This document shows positions 11,539-24,529 of a stretch of 64,000 nucleotides of DNA, one piece after another. The position numbers and the translations under genes were made by a program. This DNA is from Heteronotia binoei (Eukaryota), in the NCBI RefSeq assembly GCF_032191835.1, contig NW_026799993.1, positions 186,001 through 250,000 of the forward strand, given 5' to 3'. The notes beneath the pieces were generated by a model, which saw only the letters and a list, made by a program, of their open reading frames with translations, was not told the origin of the DNA and ran no database searches. Numbering within the stretch: position 1 is the first letter of the stretch; each line of letters begins with the position of its first letter.

Positions 11539-12917
11539 GGCTAGAGAGAGAGAAAGGACTGTTTTTCAAAGAGCCGAAAGTGATTTGATAGATGAATTTT
11601 TATCAGTAGTAGTAGTGTACATACCATTTATATCTGGTCAAACAGGGTTAGCATGTTTTTGAAACTCCATTAAAACTAGCAACATTGAGAGAAGTGCATC
11701 CCCTCTTCAATATGTATGCCCTCTTCAATGCTGGAAGTGGGGGGGGCTGTCTCCAGTTTAACCATCCCTGGCCTCACGAGAGTCTTTTAGGATTTTACCA
11801 TAGTGCCAAACTCAAAGCTAACTTGGATGTTGCTACCTATCCTTACAAGTCATGTGCCTTCACCAGCAGCTACAATTAACCAGGGGAATCTTTTCCTATC
11901 TGGTAGATGTCTTTCACTCAACTAATTAACCAAGGCAGAGTAGAGAACAAACAGTGAATGGTCCTTTCCATGTGCTGGTGGACAAGAGAAATGGAAGTAA
12001 TGGTATATCTTGTAAAAATATACAAGTTTTTCTAAAGGGCTTCTTTATAGTAACAAGATTTGTGTTATACCATCTGAAAGCTAATTTAGGCAAAGACATA
12101 GCTGTATTTTTCCTACTTTATTTTCATAAAATATATAAATGGAGCTGAATAAAAATACCCAGATAACTTTGTAAAATCTAGATGGAGATTAAGTATGCAT
12201 CTGAACATTCCCTTTGGCAAAGATTTCTGAAGCTGATTCACCAGCCTTTGTCTTGGACATGCTTTTGACTCTGTGTGCCTAACAGAGTGATCATTTCCCA
12301 GCCATTTTTCAACTTGAGCCTTGTGACCCATTAATGACTAACAGATTTACACTGCAGACTTAAGCAGAACCATACTCTTCTGTTGAAGACAAAGGAATTA
12401 GAAGGGTGTAACTCTGCTTACAATTGCACTGTTATTGTGATATATAGGATTCTGTTGATTAGAGTCCATTTCATCATATGCATGAAGTGCCACATATAAG
12501 TTGGGCATATGGAAACAGAGCCAGCTCACGGTATTTTGCCACCCCAAATAGTGTGGGTGACAACATACATACAAGCTGTGTTATTGCCACCTCCCAGCCC
12601 CCACACCATGGTCAGCTGGGAGCAAGATGAGCGGCCAGGATTCTGGAGTTCAGCTTTGGGGTCAGAGGTGGCTGCATGGTTATGAAGCAAAGCACAGGGG
12701 GATCACCGCACCCATCACCTTGTCCCACCTCACTTGTACCCGAGATCAAGACAAGCTCCAACCAGCTGCATATATTGTTGAACTGCAAGGACAGTTAGGT
12801 TGCTTGAGGAGAGAACCAGCGCTGTACAAAGAAGAAACTTGTCAACAGGACCGTTCTGCACGTAGAAATGTCACAGACTGAGCTTCTTTCATTTTGTGGC
12901 TTTTTGACCCCACTCAA

Positions 12918-12920
<3 letters not shown>

Positions 12921-12978
<58 letters not shown>

Positions 12979-12984
12979 TGTGTG
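12921..12984. repeat. Compound microsatellite (TC)20(TG)12
   Basis: Directly visible. Confidence 0.97.
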
Positions 12985-14295
12985 TACCAGCTGAAGATAA
13001 TTCTTTGTGCAAGTAAGTTCTATAGTCAACAATTGTGCTACAATAAACTAGATTCTTTGTTGGCTTTGCTGCATCAACTTAACATGGCTGCCCCTCTGGA
13101 ATTTATAGCATGGAAACTGGTTGTAAGATAACTCCCCTAAGGCTACCCAGTGAATCTCAGGGCACAACAGGAATGTACCAGGAAAGAGCCCTCTCTCCTC
13201 AGCCCCCATCTTCATATGTCAGAGGAAGAAGCCAGGAAGAAACTGCTGCCCCAGTTCAGGGAGGTGCTTGTCTGCTGAACCTCTTTGCACAGCAGGGAGC
13301 CTGTGAAGCTTCTGGAGAAAACAGCAGAGCAGCAATAAGGCCAGTTCAGAAACATCGCATGGTATAGATCACCTAGAATTGCACCAGTTCTTCATTCAGA
13401 TAGGGAAATTCCATTTTGGATGCTTCCTCCCCACTATTCCCTGCATAAAGAAAGCTAGCATGTTAGAGAAAACAAATAATCTCCTCAGAGAATTTAGAGA
13501 AGATTTAAAAGAATAATAGTAGTGCCAGATGGTCAGTGTTTTTGTGGTGCTTTGCATGTGATGTGTGTTAAGGTAGCACAGTTTTGGATACAAATGGTTT
13601 CTCTATATGAGATATATAATAGACTTTCTTTTGCACCATGCACTTATCTATTAAAGGTTCTAATGAATATGTAGAAGTGGCGAAAATACTATATTGAATG
13701 TATAATAATGATGAAACCAATGTTGTAGTAAAAACAGATTAGTTATGAAGCTTGAAACTCAAAACTTAAATGATGAATACAGTTGTACCTCAACAGAAGT
13801 AAGAATTACTGTATTTTATAGATAATACCTTAACATTATAATGAAGGGAATGAAAAGGAAAATATTCTCTGATTGTCTTTGACAAGCGTCATTACAATGT
13901 ATAACATTTTTTTTAAAAGATGCAGTTTTTAGCTTGAACTTTTTTTAAAAAAACTGGCTGGAGGCTGGTACATGAAACTTGGCAACCCCATACTTTTCTT
14001 CCTATTGGGGACTCCGAGTGTTCGCTTAGCCAGCATCTTATCTCCACCATAACAGCTCCGTGAGGTAAATCAGGCTAACAGAGAAAGTGGCTGGCTTAAC
14101 ATTACCCAGTGAGCCTTCACAGCAAAGTGTGTGTGGGGTGGGCAGGGGGGGGAGTTGTTCAGGCCTAGTTCTCCAGCCAAGACCCTAGTTCAGCAGACTA
14201 ACTACTACCCAATACGGCAGCTGGATTTTCTCCAGTCTCCCAAAAGGGTATGATACAGGGTCAGGGAGCATTTTGTGGACATTCTGGCCAACTGA

Positions 14296-14856
14296 TAAGA
14301 ACATAAGAGAAGCCATGTTGGATCAGGCCAACGGCCCATCCAGTCCAACACTCTGTGTCACACAGTGGCAAAAAATTTTATATATACACACACACTGTGG
14401 CTAATAGCCACTGATGGATCTGTGCTCCATATTTTTATCTAAACCCCTCTTGAAGGTGGCTATACTTGTGGCCGCCACCACCTCCTGTGGCAGTGAATTC
14501 CACATGTTAATCACCCTTTGGGTGAAGAAGTACTTCCTTATATCCGTTTTAACCTGTCTGCTCAGCAATTTCATCGAATGCCCACGAGTTCTTGTACTGT
14601 GAGAAAGGGAGAAAAGCACTTCTTTCTCTACTTTCTCCATCCCATGCATTATCTTGTAAACCTCTATCATGTCACCCCGCAGTCGACGTTTCTCCAAGCT
14701 AAAGAGCCCCAAGCGTTTCAACCTTTCTTCATAGGGAAAGTGCTCCAGCCCTTTAATCATTCTAGTTGCCCTTTTCTGGACTTTCTCCAATGCTATAATA
14801 TCCTTTTTGAGGTGCGGCGACCAGAACTGCACACAGTACTCCAAATGAGACCACAT
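14296..14856 (-). mobile_element. CR1 LINE 3' end
   Basis: ORF 14401-14856 HLEYCVQFWSPHLKKDI...LFSLEKRRLRGDMIEVYKI plus CR1-type 3' UTR and tail. Confidence 0.93.
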
Positions 14857-15340
14857 AAGATTGTTTTATCCAAAGGTACCACCTTTCTCACATAAATACC
14901 TATTTTTTTTGAAGCATCCTTCTAGAGCTGCAAAATCCAACAGAGCAAGAAGTCATGACAAGGTGAAGAGGGGGAGATGTTCCCCTCCCTTCATCTGATC
15001 CCAGCACCATCACCCCACCACGGAAGAAAGATAGCCCGAAACCTATCGTATGAATCATAGGTGGCCACACTTTTCCTTAGCAAACATTTTTTTAAAATCA
15101 TGGAATACCTTTCCTTGACTCCAAGCAAAATAACCCAATGCAGTTTGCATGCTTTCAGAACCTTTCATCATGCTGAATATTCACAAGTGGGGGTGGGGGG
15201 AGAGACCTTCCAGGAAATTACCTTCAGGCCTCTTTGTCTGCATCTTGGGTAGACTGCTCTACTGTCTTCAGTGGGTAAAGAGTGTAGATAGTGCAAAAAA
15301 TGGAAGGCATCCAATGGAAAATATTAAAACCAGCACTTAG

Positions 15341-15747
15341 GAGAGCCAGTTTGGTGTAGTGGTTAAGTGTGCAAACTCTTATCTGGGAGAACCGGGTTTG
15401 ATTCCCCACTCCTCCACTTGCACCTGCTAGCATGGCCCTGGGTCAGCCATAGATCTCATAGACTTTCTTCTCCTGTAGTGGTTAAATGTGCGGACTCTTA
15501 TCTGGGAGAACCGGGTTTGATTCCCCGCTCCTCCACTTGCACCTGCTGGAATGGCCTTGGGTCAGCTATAGCTGTGGCAGAGGTTGTCCTTGAAAGGGCA
15601 GCTGCTGTGAGAGCCCTCTCCAGCCCCACCCACCTCACAGGGTGTCTGTTGTGGGGGAGGAAGATAAAGGAGATTGTGAGCCGCTCTGAGACTCTTGAGT
15701 GGAGGGCGGGATATAAATCCGATATCTTCTTCTTCATCTTCTTCTTA
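15341..15747 (+). mobile_element. tRNA-derived SINE (Squam3-like) with duplicated head
   Basis: A/B boxes TGGTGTAGTGG...GGTTTGATTCC and (TCT)n tail; near-identical copies at 26627-26927 and 62756-63044. Confidence 0.85.
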
Positions 15748-16024
15748 ATAACACTTAATAAAATGTTGTGTATACAATCACATCCCTCTCCTTTTGAGGT
15801 CAAGCTGGTGCATTCTTGTCACCAAGAAAATGCTTGTAAAAATCAGGCTAATCTCATCCTATCCTAGTGCTATGTTATCATGAGAGTGAAAATAAACTGT
15901 TAATAGTAAAGCTCACATGTTGTTACAACCATCCTCGTTTATGCTTTGGAGCCCTCTAGTGGTACATCTGCATGATGCAACCTAAAGTGTGGAACACTAA
16001 AACATGTTACTATTGTTACTCTTA

Positions 16025-16530
16025 CCATGGCACAGAGTGGTAAAGCTGCAGTACTGCAGTCTGAGCTCTCTGCTCATGATCTGAGTTTGATCCCAGCAGA
16101 AGCTGGGTTCAGGTAGCTGGCTCAAGGTTGACTCAATCTTCCATCCTTCTGAGGTCATATGAAGCTGCCTTCTACTGAATCAGACCCTCGGTCCATCAAA
16201 GTCAGTCTTGTCTACTCAGACTGGCAGCGGCTCTCCAGGGTCTCAAGCGGAGGTTTTTCACACCTATTTGCCTGGACCCATTTTTAGTGGAGATGCCGGG
16301 GATTGAACCTGGGACCTTTTGCTTACCAGGCAGATGCTCTACCATTGAGCCACCGTCCCTCCCGTCCCTACATTGAGCCACCGTCAGTAAAATAAGTACC
16401 CAGCTTGCTGGGGGAAAAGTGTAAATGACTGGGGAAGGCAATGGCAAACCACCCCATTCAAAAAGTCTGCCATGAAAATGTCGTGATGCGACGTCACCCC
16501 AGAGTTAGAAACAACCTGTGTTTGCACAGA
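16025..16530 (+). mobile_element. Sauria-SINE-like element interrupted by a tRNA-head/CR1-tail SINE (16157-16363, - strand)
   Basis: Core sequence resumes after the insert; the insert matches 43178-43399 and 44256-44464. Confidence 0.85.
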
Positions 16531-16899
16531 GGACTACCTTTTTACCTTTTTTATTGTTCTCTAAAGGAAAGACAACGAGCCTTTGTGGAACTCCCTCAGT
16601 AATATTGTTTTATTGTGTTGTGTTAATTATTCATTTATAGCTCACTTTTCTTCCTGAGACTTAAGAATACAAAATAATCAGAGAACTCCAATTAACAGTG
16701 CAGTAGGACTAGGGTTACGGAATCAGACAGCGATGCAAACAAAAAAGGGAAAATATCAGGCACAATATACCATAAGACACAAAGTATGAAAGGCAGAAAA
16801 TAATGTAGTAACAGCAGGATGATACATGCAAAAAACACTGCAATAGACTATTACCTTTTCCCTCATAGAGCAACTTCCTGCATTGTTCCATTATGCTAC

Positions 16900-17172
16900 A
16901 GCAGGGCTTTCTTTGTAGGAAAAAACCAGCAGGAACTCGTTTGTATATTAGGTCACATCCCCTGATGTCACCATTGTTTCACACAGGACATTTTTGTAGA
17001 AAAAGCCCAGCAGGAACTTATTTACATATTAGGCCACACCCCTGGTGTCACCATTGTTTCACACAGGACATTTTTGTAGAAGAAGCCCAGCAGGAACTTA
17101 TTTGCATATTAGGCCACACCCCCTGATGTCAAGCCAGCTGGAACTATGTTCCTGTGCGTTACTGCCCTGTGC
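16900..17172. mobile_element. MITE of the CAGGGCTTTTTT-TIR family with internal tandem duplication
   Basis: Shared AGCAGGAACTC.TTTGCATATTAGGCCACAC core, repeated three times. Confidence 0.75.
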
Positions 17173-17175
17173 TAC

Positions 17176-17880
17176 AGTATAAAAAAAGTCCAGTAGCACC
17201 TTAAAGACTAACAAAATTTGTGGTAGAGTATGAGCTTTCATGAGTCATTGCTCACCATTTCAGATACAACTAGAATGTGAGTTCATCTGTCCTATACATT
17301 GGAAAGAGGGGTGACTTCAAATGCCAAATGACATTTGCAGGCAAAAGACAATAGAAGGTGTAACTGGATTAGGTGTGATTAGGTGTGATAGACATGATAG
17401 GTGCGACTGGATTGGTTGTGATTGGGTGTAATGAAAGTGGAAACCTAGGTCTCGATTCAGTCCAGGTGGATGCATTGTCTTAAGCTTTGTTATCAGTTGC
17501 AATTCAGCAGTCTCTCTCATCTGCTTTTGAAATTCCATTAAGGTAACTGCTACTTTTCAATCAGCAACTGAATTCTCCTGGAAGGTTAAAATGTTCCCCT
17601 ACTGTTTTTTGTTTTTTTTTAAATATTGTGGTTACTGATGTTAGACTTGTAATGTCCACTAATTTTTTATCAAAGATACTGGTCCGTTTGTCCAGTGTAG
17701 AGGGTAGAAGGGCATTGCTGACACATGATGGCATAAATCACATTAGCGGATGAGCCGAAGAATGAATCTGAGATGGTATGGCTGATGTTGCTGGGTCCAC
17801 TGATGGGGTCGCAGATTCTACATGAAAACAAAGCTGGCATGTTGGTTTGTTATAGGCCTTGATACCAGAGACCTTGGCAA
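17176..17880 (-). mobile_element. Penelope-like (Poseidon-type) 3' fragment: GIY-YIG end + pLTR with degenerate minimal hammerhead
   Basis: RETAELQLITKLKTMHPPGLNRD, CNKPTCQLC-like linker, and GTATCTGA...GAAAGCTCATAC at 17267-17228. Confidence 0.82.
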
Positions 17881-19013
17881 CAGAGTCCTAGCAAAGCCCT
17901 TCATGGTCTTGGTCCCTCATATCTGCAGGACTGCCCCTCCCACTATGTCCCACCATGACAGCATCATTCATCTGCGCAGGGATTTTTGCAGTTGCTAGCC
18001 TGTAATACAGCAAAACCAGCAACTGCCCATACATGTGCCCTCTCCCCGGTGACCCCCACCTCATAGAATGGCCAGCCCGAGGAGGTCAGGAAGGCTCCCT
18101 CTCTCCTGGCTTTCTGCAAACTGCACAGAACTGAATTATTCAAAAGGGCTTTTCTATGCAGGCAATAGAGTCCCACTGTACTAAATGATTCATAAACTTA
18201 CTTGGGAAAATTATTAGGACCTGCAGTCTATGTGTGTGTTACATGCTGGAACTAGGAGCCTACTGTAATTTTTGTATCAGTTAATGTGTCGTGCTAATAC
18301 TTATGCTTTGCTTCAGCTCTTTCAGCTTTTTCAGATTCCTGATGCTGGTGCTGCAACATAAATCCTGTTGTATTGCTTATTGATTGTCCTATCCTGTCAA
18401 CGAAATTGGCTCGCTCTGTGTAATCTGCCTTAAGTCCAAGAGAGAAAGACAGGCTATAAATAAATTTATTTTTTAATTTATTTTAGTAAATTTCTATTCC
18501 GCCCATTCCTCGTACAACATATAATAAAACAATGAAAAACAATAAAAACATTTTATAAACAGACAACTCAACAGCACTCAGATCACCATGACATCATTTC
18601 TTCCTCTTTCCTCTGCAGAGTTGGTTGACCCATCAAGATGGTACATCCCAGGCCCTTGATGGATTGTGATGGCTTCCTGATTGCGCTTGGGGATTTCCCC
18701 ACCTCAGCTGCTGCAGATTCTGTTGGGGCTCTGACAGCTCTCTGAACTATGGCTGTTAGCAAAATCACCACTAAGTGCCCTCTTCTCTCCCCCCACCAAA
18801 CAGATGCCAAGCAATCTCATTGGTTTACAAGAAACCAATGGGAATTAAATAGGAGGGATAACAGCTGGAGCATTGCTGGCAGAAAACTAAATATGGCATA
18901 AATAGAGTCCACATTAGAGCCTATTCCACAGTAAGTGATAGCTGCAAAAAAGCAATGTTTCTCAGTCACTATTGTCACTGCATATAATCATCCAGTGGCA
19001 CTGTTCCATGTGG

Positions 19014-19620
19014 TTTGGGGGCTCTTACAGTATACCCCAGGGAATTGGACTCTGACTATATGATGGCCTGCTGTGATCAATTTGCCTCTTACTTTACAGA
19101 CACATTTGCCCAGATCTGCTCTTGGCTAGATGCTGGCGTGGATGTACTGCTCACTTCTGATGATGATGTACCTTTGGCATCCACTTGTCCAATTTATAAA
19201 GATACTTTTCAGCTTGTGGTTCCTGATAATGTGGACAGTATCTTTGGTGAGGTGAGGCCTACCACCTTGACCCTTGCCTTTCCTGGATGATAAAAGCATC
19301 AAGAGGAGGGCTGGCAAAGTAGGGGAGAGGAGTGGTAATTTTTTCCTTGAGAGCAGGAGTCGCCGGTGCCTACAAGACAGAGGTGCTCTGGGTTAGTAGA
19401 AAGGTAGATTAGGGACTTGAGATCTCTCCTGTTTTAGATGGAGTTACACTACCCTTGAAAAGCCAGGTTTGCAGCTTCAGAGTCACCTTAGAAAATCAGT
19501 TGGCTGTTATGGTTTGGAATGCTTTCCCCAGCTTTGGCAAGTGCCAAAGTTTGATCTAGCCATTGTGATGGATGCCTTAGTTGCACCTAGATTGGACTAT
19601 TCCAATGCTAGACTCATTTG
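19014..19620 (+). mobile_element. Old L2-clade LINE fragment
   Basis: ORF 19015-19290 (FASYFTDTFAQI...FQLVVPDNVDSIFGEVRPTT) resembles the L2 pre-RT region. Confidence 0.65.
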
Positions 19621-20101
19621 CCTATTAGGCCACACCCCTTAACACCAAGCCAGCCGGAACATGCAACTCCCTGTTGCCATTTCAGGTTAGGAAAACAGCT
19701 CATGGGGAAGAATTAAACTCCCTTTCGCTTTACTGATATGCATCTGACTCCTGAGCAGGAGGGGGGAGGGATACTAGTAGCTCTGTCATGAAACTCCAGC
19801 TATCCCAGTGCTGTGTGTAACTGAGCCTTATTTCGTGGGAAAGGCTCAATTCCTCTTCGGCTGTAAAGCTTACTAAGTGTTTCCCCTCTTATCACAAATA
19901 TTTATCATCTAGGCTATTTATTTATTTACTTTATTAATACCCTGCCTTACTCTCCACTGGGGACCCCTAGCAGGTCACATCATTCTCTTCTCCTCCATGT
20001 TACCCTCACAACAACCTTGCAAGGTAGATCAGGCTGCAAGTGTGTCACCAGTCCAAGGTCATTCAGCAAGCTTCCATAGCACAGGAGGGATTTGAACCTA
20101 G

Positions 20102-20598
20102 GGGTGGTTTCACACAGGAGATCTGGCCCGACCTAGCCCTGCCTCCCATTTAGATTAAAAGCACACAATCACACAAGCACATCTGCCCTCTGAGCTGCAC
20201 CCATTCTCGCCCTGTCTCCAGACACCTCCTATCCGAATTAAAAAACTACCTGGATTTCCCCAGTAGCATCCCCCTGAATCGGATGTAGGTCGCATAATCG
20301 GCTGCTGTCTGAATGCCCCAGGGTGACTCATAAGCGGAAGAGTTGTGTGATGGTCAAGGTTTTTTCCTCCCCCTAACCCCTCTCAGAGGAGCGTTTGCGC
20401 ACTTCTCTGCTTGAGCGTGCACACAGGGGACTTTTTAAAAAGAACAGCCCTTTCTGCAGCGGGTCCATGGTTGAGCCACACTAGCAGTGTGAATGGGCAA
20501 CCACAGACCGCTCCTGTCTGATAGCCTGGAAATGGACCAAACTCAATGGTTTTTCCCCAATGGGACAATATTGTCAATTTCACAGTGTGAAAGCAGCC
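20102..20598. mobile_element. PIF/Harbinger-like MITE nested in an older MIR/Squam-like SINE (19915-20650)
   Basis: 14-bp TIRs GGGTGGTTTCACAC / GTGTGAAAGCAGCC (12/14 match), 3-bp TSD TAG; the SINE resumes on both sides. Confidence 0.7.
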
Positions 20599-20685
20599 TA
20601 GGTCTCCCAGCTGCTAGTCTGACACCTACTGACCACACCACAGTGGCTCTCAGTCTGTGGAACAGATCACATGTTCAGTTGCAAG

Positions 20686-20867
20686 CAGGGCTTTTTTTGT
20701 AGCAGGAACTCCTTTGCATATGAGGCCACACACCCCTGATGTAGCAAATCCTCCAAGAGTTTACAGGGCTTTTATTACAGTGCCTACTGTAAGCTCCAGG
20801 AGGATTGGCTACATCAGAGGTGTGTGGCCCAATATGCAAAGCAGTTCCTGCTACAAAGAAAGCCCTG
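20686..20867. mobile_element. hAT-type MITE (CAGGGCTTT TIR)
   Basis: Perfect 8-bp TSD GTTGCAAG. Confidence 0.9.
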
Positions 20868-21030
20868 GTTGCAAGCAATCAAGTGATGTGCATTAACATA
20901 ATGAGATGCTGGACTGAGTGATAAACATGCATGTGTAAATCTGGCCTGAAAGGGTATTTGTTTGTTTATTCATTTATTTGGAATTCCTGTTATCCAAAAA
21001 AGAAGAGCCACTTGCAGCAGCTTCCAATAA

Positions 21031-23613
21031 CAGCAACAGCAAGCCTTTATTGGCATAAAACAGATTTAGCAGTAAAATAGCAATATAGATAATATAAAAT
21101 CCTAGATAACAGAGTACGTAGGGAGCTAATATACATAAAATAAGTAAAATATATCTGAGTCAAGTTTAGCCAAATTAAATAATTAAAACAAATAAAATGT
21201 GGTCATTCCAGAACCATTCTCTGTTGTATTTCCATGGCCTGTTGAAGAAATCTAGCAACCGTTAAAGTTACCTCAGAACAAGTGTCATTTAAAAGTTTGT
21301 GGACTTTGCCTGAATCAGCACAGCCCAACATATCTGCTAAAATATCTTTCAGGTATATACAATGAATATCATCATAAAGGGGACAGTTCAATAATACATG
21401 GGAAATAGTTTCAATACACTTGGGATTACAAAGACAATGTCTATTAGAGTACTCAATCCTGTTAAATCTACCAAATAAGATAGCAGATGGTAATGCATCA
21501 CATCTCGTTAACGAGAACGCACGCCGTTGCTGTGGAGCTTGCAGAGAGGAGAAATATGACGCTAATTTCCCCACTGCAACGAATTCTTCAGTGCTAACAA
21601 CAGCCTATGATTCCCTAGTATCTAACATTCTTAGTTCACTAATTGTTAAACCTAAAAATGTAAAAAAGGAAAGAAACATAAAATCTCTGCAGCCCTGGTT
21701 TGATAGAAAATGTAGAGCCGTTAAAACTCTGTTGCGCAACACCTACAGATGTTACCGCAACTCTGGGGCTTTGTCTTTACCATCAGAGTACTTTGATCTT
21801 AAAAATCAGCTGCCCCAGGTTATTATAAGCAAAAAGAATGATTATGCTAAACTTCAATGGGAGGAGCTATACCAGGCCATAATCTTAAAGAGCTCTAAAA
21901 AATTCTGGTCTATTGTATCAGGTGCCCATAGAGCTGATGCCCCTTCTATGTCTGCTATTTCCCCCAATGTCTGGTACCAATATTTCTTCTCTATGTTCTC
22001 CTAAAGTAAACTATACACTTCTAGACCTTCCGAACTTTCTCAGGTAGATCTTCCAGAGTGGCCGTCTGTGACCTCTGATGAAGTTAAAGATCTAATTTTG
22101 CAACTGAAATCAGATAAAGCTGCAGGACCAGATGTTATTCCCTCTAAAATCCTAAAGTTAGATACAGATTGGTGGGCTACTCCGCTCGCATCTCTTTTTA
22201 CTAGTACTGACAGAACAGGCATAATTCCTAAAGCCTGGCTTAATTCAATAGTGGTTCCAATTTATAAAAAAGGAGATCACGCCATTCCAAGTAATTACAG
22301 GCCGATTAGTCTCCTATCTACCATTGGTAAATTATATTCTAAGTATCTGCTGAGGAAACTTGAACAATGGATGACACGAGAAAAAATCCTTGGACCGGAA
22401 CAACTGGGTTTTTGTAAAGGCAAAACTACTCTCGAACATTGTAATACTTTGTCCCATCTAATTTCCAAATACACTATTGGGAAAAAGATGAAATTGTATG
22501 TAGCCTTTTTAGACTTAAAGGGAGCATTTGATTCAATTGACAGAGACCTGCTTTGGGCCAAACTAGAACAAATAAGTATTAATAAAAGACTCCTTATGCT
22601 CATTAAAAAATTATATACTTTCAACTTTTGTCAAGTCAAATGTTCTTTATCAGGCAATCTTACGTCAAAAATCCCATTAAGAAAGGGGGTTAAACAAGGT
22701 TGTGTGTTGGCCCCTTTTTAGTTTAACCTCTTTCTTAATGATCTTGCTCCCTTTTTGTCAGATACTGACCATCATAGTCCAAAACTCGGTGCCAGACACG
22801 TTCCCTTACTGTTATATGCGGATGATACAGTCTTACTATCTTGTTCCAGAATTGGATTAAAACATTTGCTTGTTCGCTGTATCACCTTCCTTAACAACAA
22901 GAAGCTCCTATTGAATTATGACAAATCTAAAATTGTTGTATTTTCCAAATCTTGGAAACCAGCTAAATGGTCAATAGGCGGCAAAGAGATAGAACAAGTA
23001 AAATACTATAAATACCTAGGAATTCATTTCCAATATAACACACTTTGGACTAATCACCGTAACTGTATAATTAAGTCAGTCAATGTTAACGTTGCAGCTA
23101 TCCAGCACTTCTTTTATAGCAGAGGCAATCAGTTTATTCCAGCCGCGCTAAAAATCTTTAAGGCTAAAGTGATACCGCAGCTTTTATATGGGGTCCCAGT
23201 GTGGATCACAGCCCTGGATAACAACATTGAAGGTGTCCAATCAAAATTCCTATGGAAAATCCTGTGATTCCCAAAGTGCGTGCCATATGCAGTTTTATGT
23301 TTAGAAACAGGGACAAATCTTGTGGAAACACAAGCATGGCTAATGTCACTTAAATATTGGTTACGGCTACATTTCCACTCTGATTCGGAGAGCCTTTTAT
23401 ATCAACTGCTCTCAGAATCTAATATGTCAAATTGGCTAGTATTTATTGAGAGGAAAATTAAATCTATGGGCATTGATTTAGATTCACTTCTTATGCTATC
23501 CCTAAAAGATGCATTTTTGAAACTTAAGCTCAGAATTCTAGATATTGAAATGCAAACGTTATATAGCCTGGCCAACAAGTCTTGCTCCCCGCTGAATTTC
23601 GAACTTCCTCTCT
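21031..23613 (-). mobile_element. RTEX-like LINE with 5' inversion (3' part on - strand 21031-21576; inverted 5' part on + strand 21577-23613)
   Basis: RT motifs on + ([33 protein letters not shown]); CCHC-type C-terminus and AATAAA tail on -; 13-bp TSD CAGCTTCCAATAA (21018-21030, 23614-23626). Confidence 0.88.
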
Positions 23614-24104
23614 CAGCTTCCAATAAGAACAAAATAAAACACAAAAATGCATGATACAACTCAGCTAAATCAGTAGAATCAAAATCAAAATGGAGAAGGG
23701 CCAATGGTAGAGCATCTGGTTTGTACAAGGATTGTCCTGGGTTCAGTCCTCAGCACCTCCAGTTAAAAGGACCAGGCAGTAGGTGATACAAAAGACCTCT
23801 GCCTAAGATCCTGGAGAGCTGCTGCCGGTTTGAGTAAGCTGTACTGACACTGATAGACCAGTGGTTTCACTATAAAGCAATTTCATGTGTCCAACACCAA
23901 AAAATAAAACCAAAGCATAAAATTGCCTTAAAACAATACAGGAACAGCAGTCAATAAAAATCAAACAGTAAAACAGCACAAGTGGGTGGTTGTTGACATG
24001 ATCAACAAAATGTCTTGGCAAATAAAAAGTTTCTCATGTGTTGCCTTAACCTTAAAAGACTAGGTGCTCGGCACAGCTGAGACCCTCTGGTTGCTGCCCA
24101 CAAT

Positions 24105-24305
24105 AGTCCAGATAGCCTAGCTTAGCCTGAGCTCATGGGAACTTGGCTGCTATGCAAGGTCAGTCATGGTCGGTGCTTGGATGGAGGACAACCAAGGAAA
24201 GTAGGACTAGCTCTGTATAGGAATGCAGTGGCAAACCACCTCAACTTGACTCTTGCCTAGAATGCCCCATAGATGGGGTCACTATGAGTTGTCTATGACT
24301 CAAAG
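24105..24305 (+). mobile_element. 5S rRNA-derived SINE (SINE3-like) with BovB/Sauria-type tail
   Basis: Degenerate 5S internal promoter followed by GGCAAACCACCTC tail; similar copies at 26470-26620 and 50150-50360. Confidence 0.6.
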
Positions 24306-24529
24306 GCATGTTTTTCTGGTTGATGCCCATTTCCTTCAGAAAGTAGGGCACACATAGCAGGGTCTTTGATCCTGACAGCAGATCCATACAGCGTTTGTTG
24401 CGCAAGCCCCAGGAACCAGAGGCCACAACATCCCAGCTCGTGCCATGGAACAGTTTGGGCCATGGAAGGCCTGTGTGGGCTGGTTTCAGGCCAGCGTGAC
24501 AAACCCCTCAATGACTTGGTGGAAAATTC

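Noticed and set aside
16905-17125. Regularly spaced repeats resembling a CRISPR array
   Set aside because: Internal tandem duplication of a MITE with identical 'spacers', in vertebrate DNA with no cas genes.
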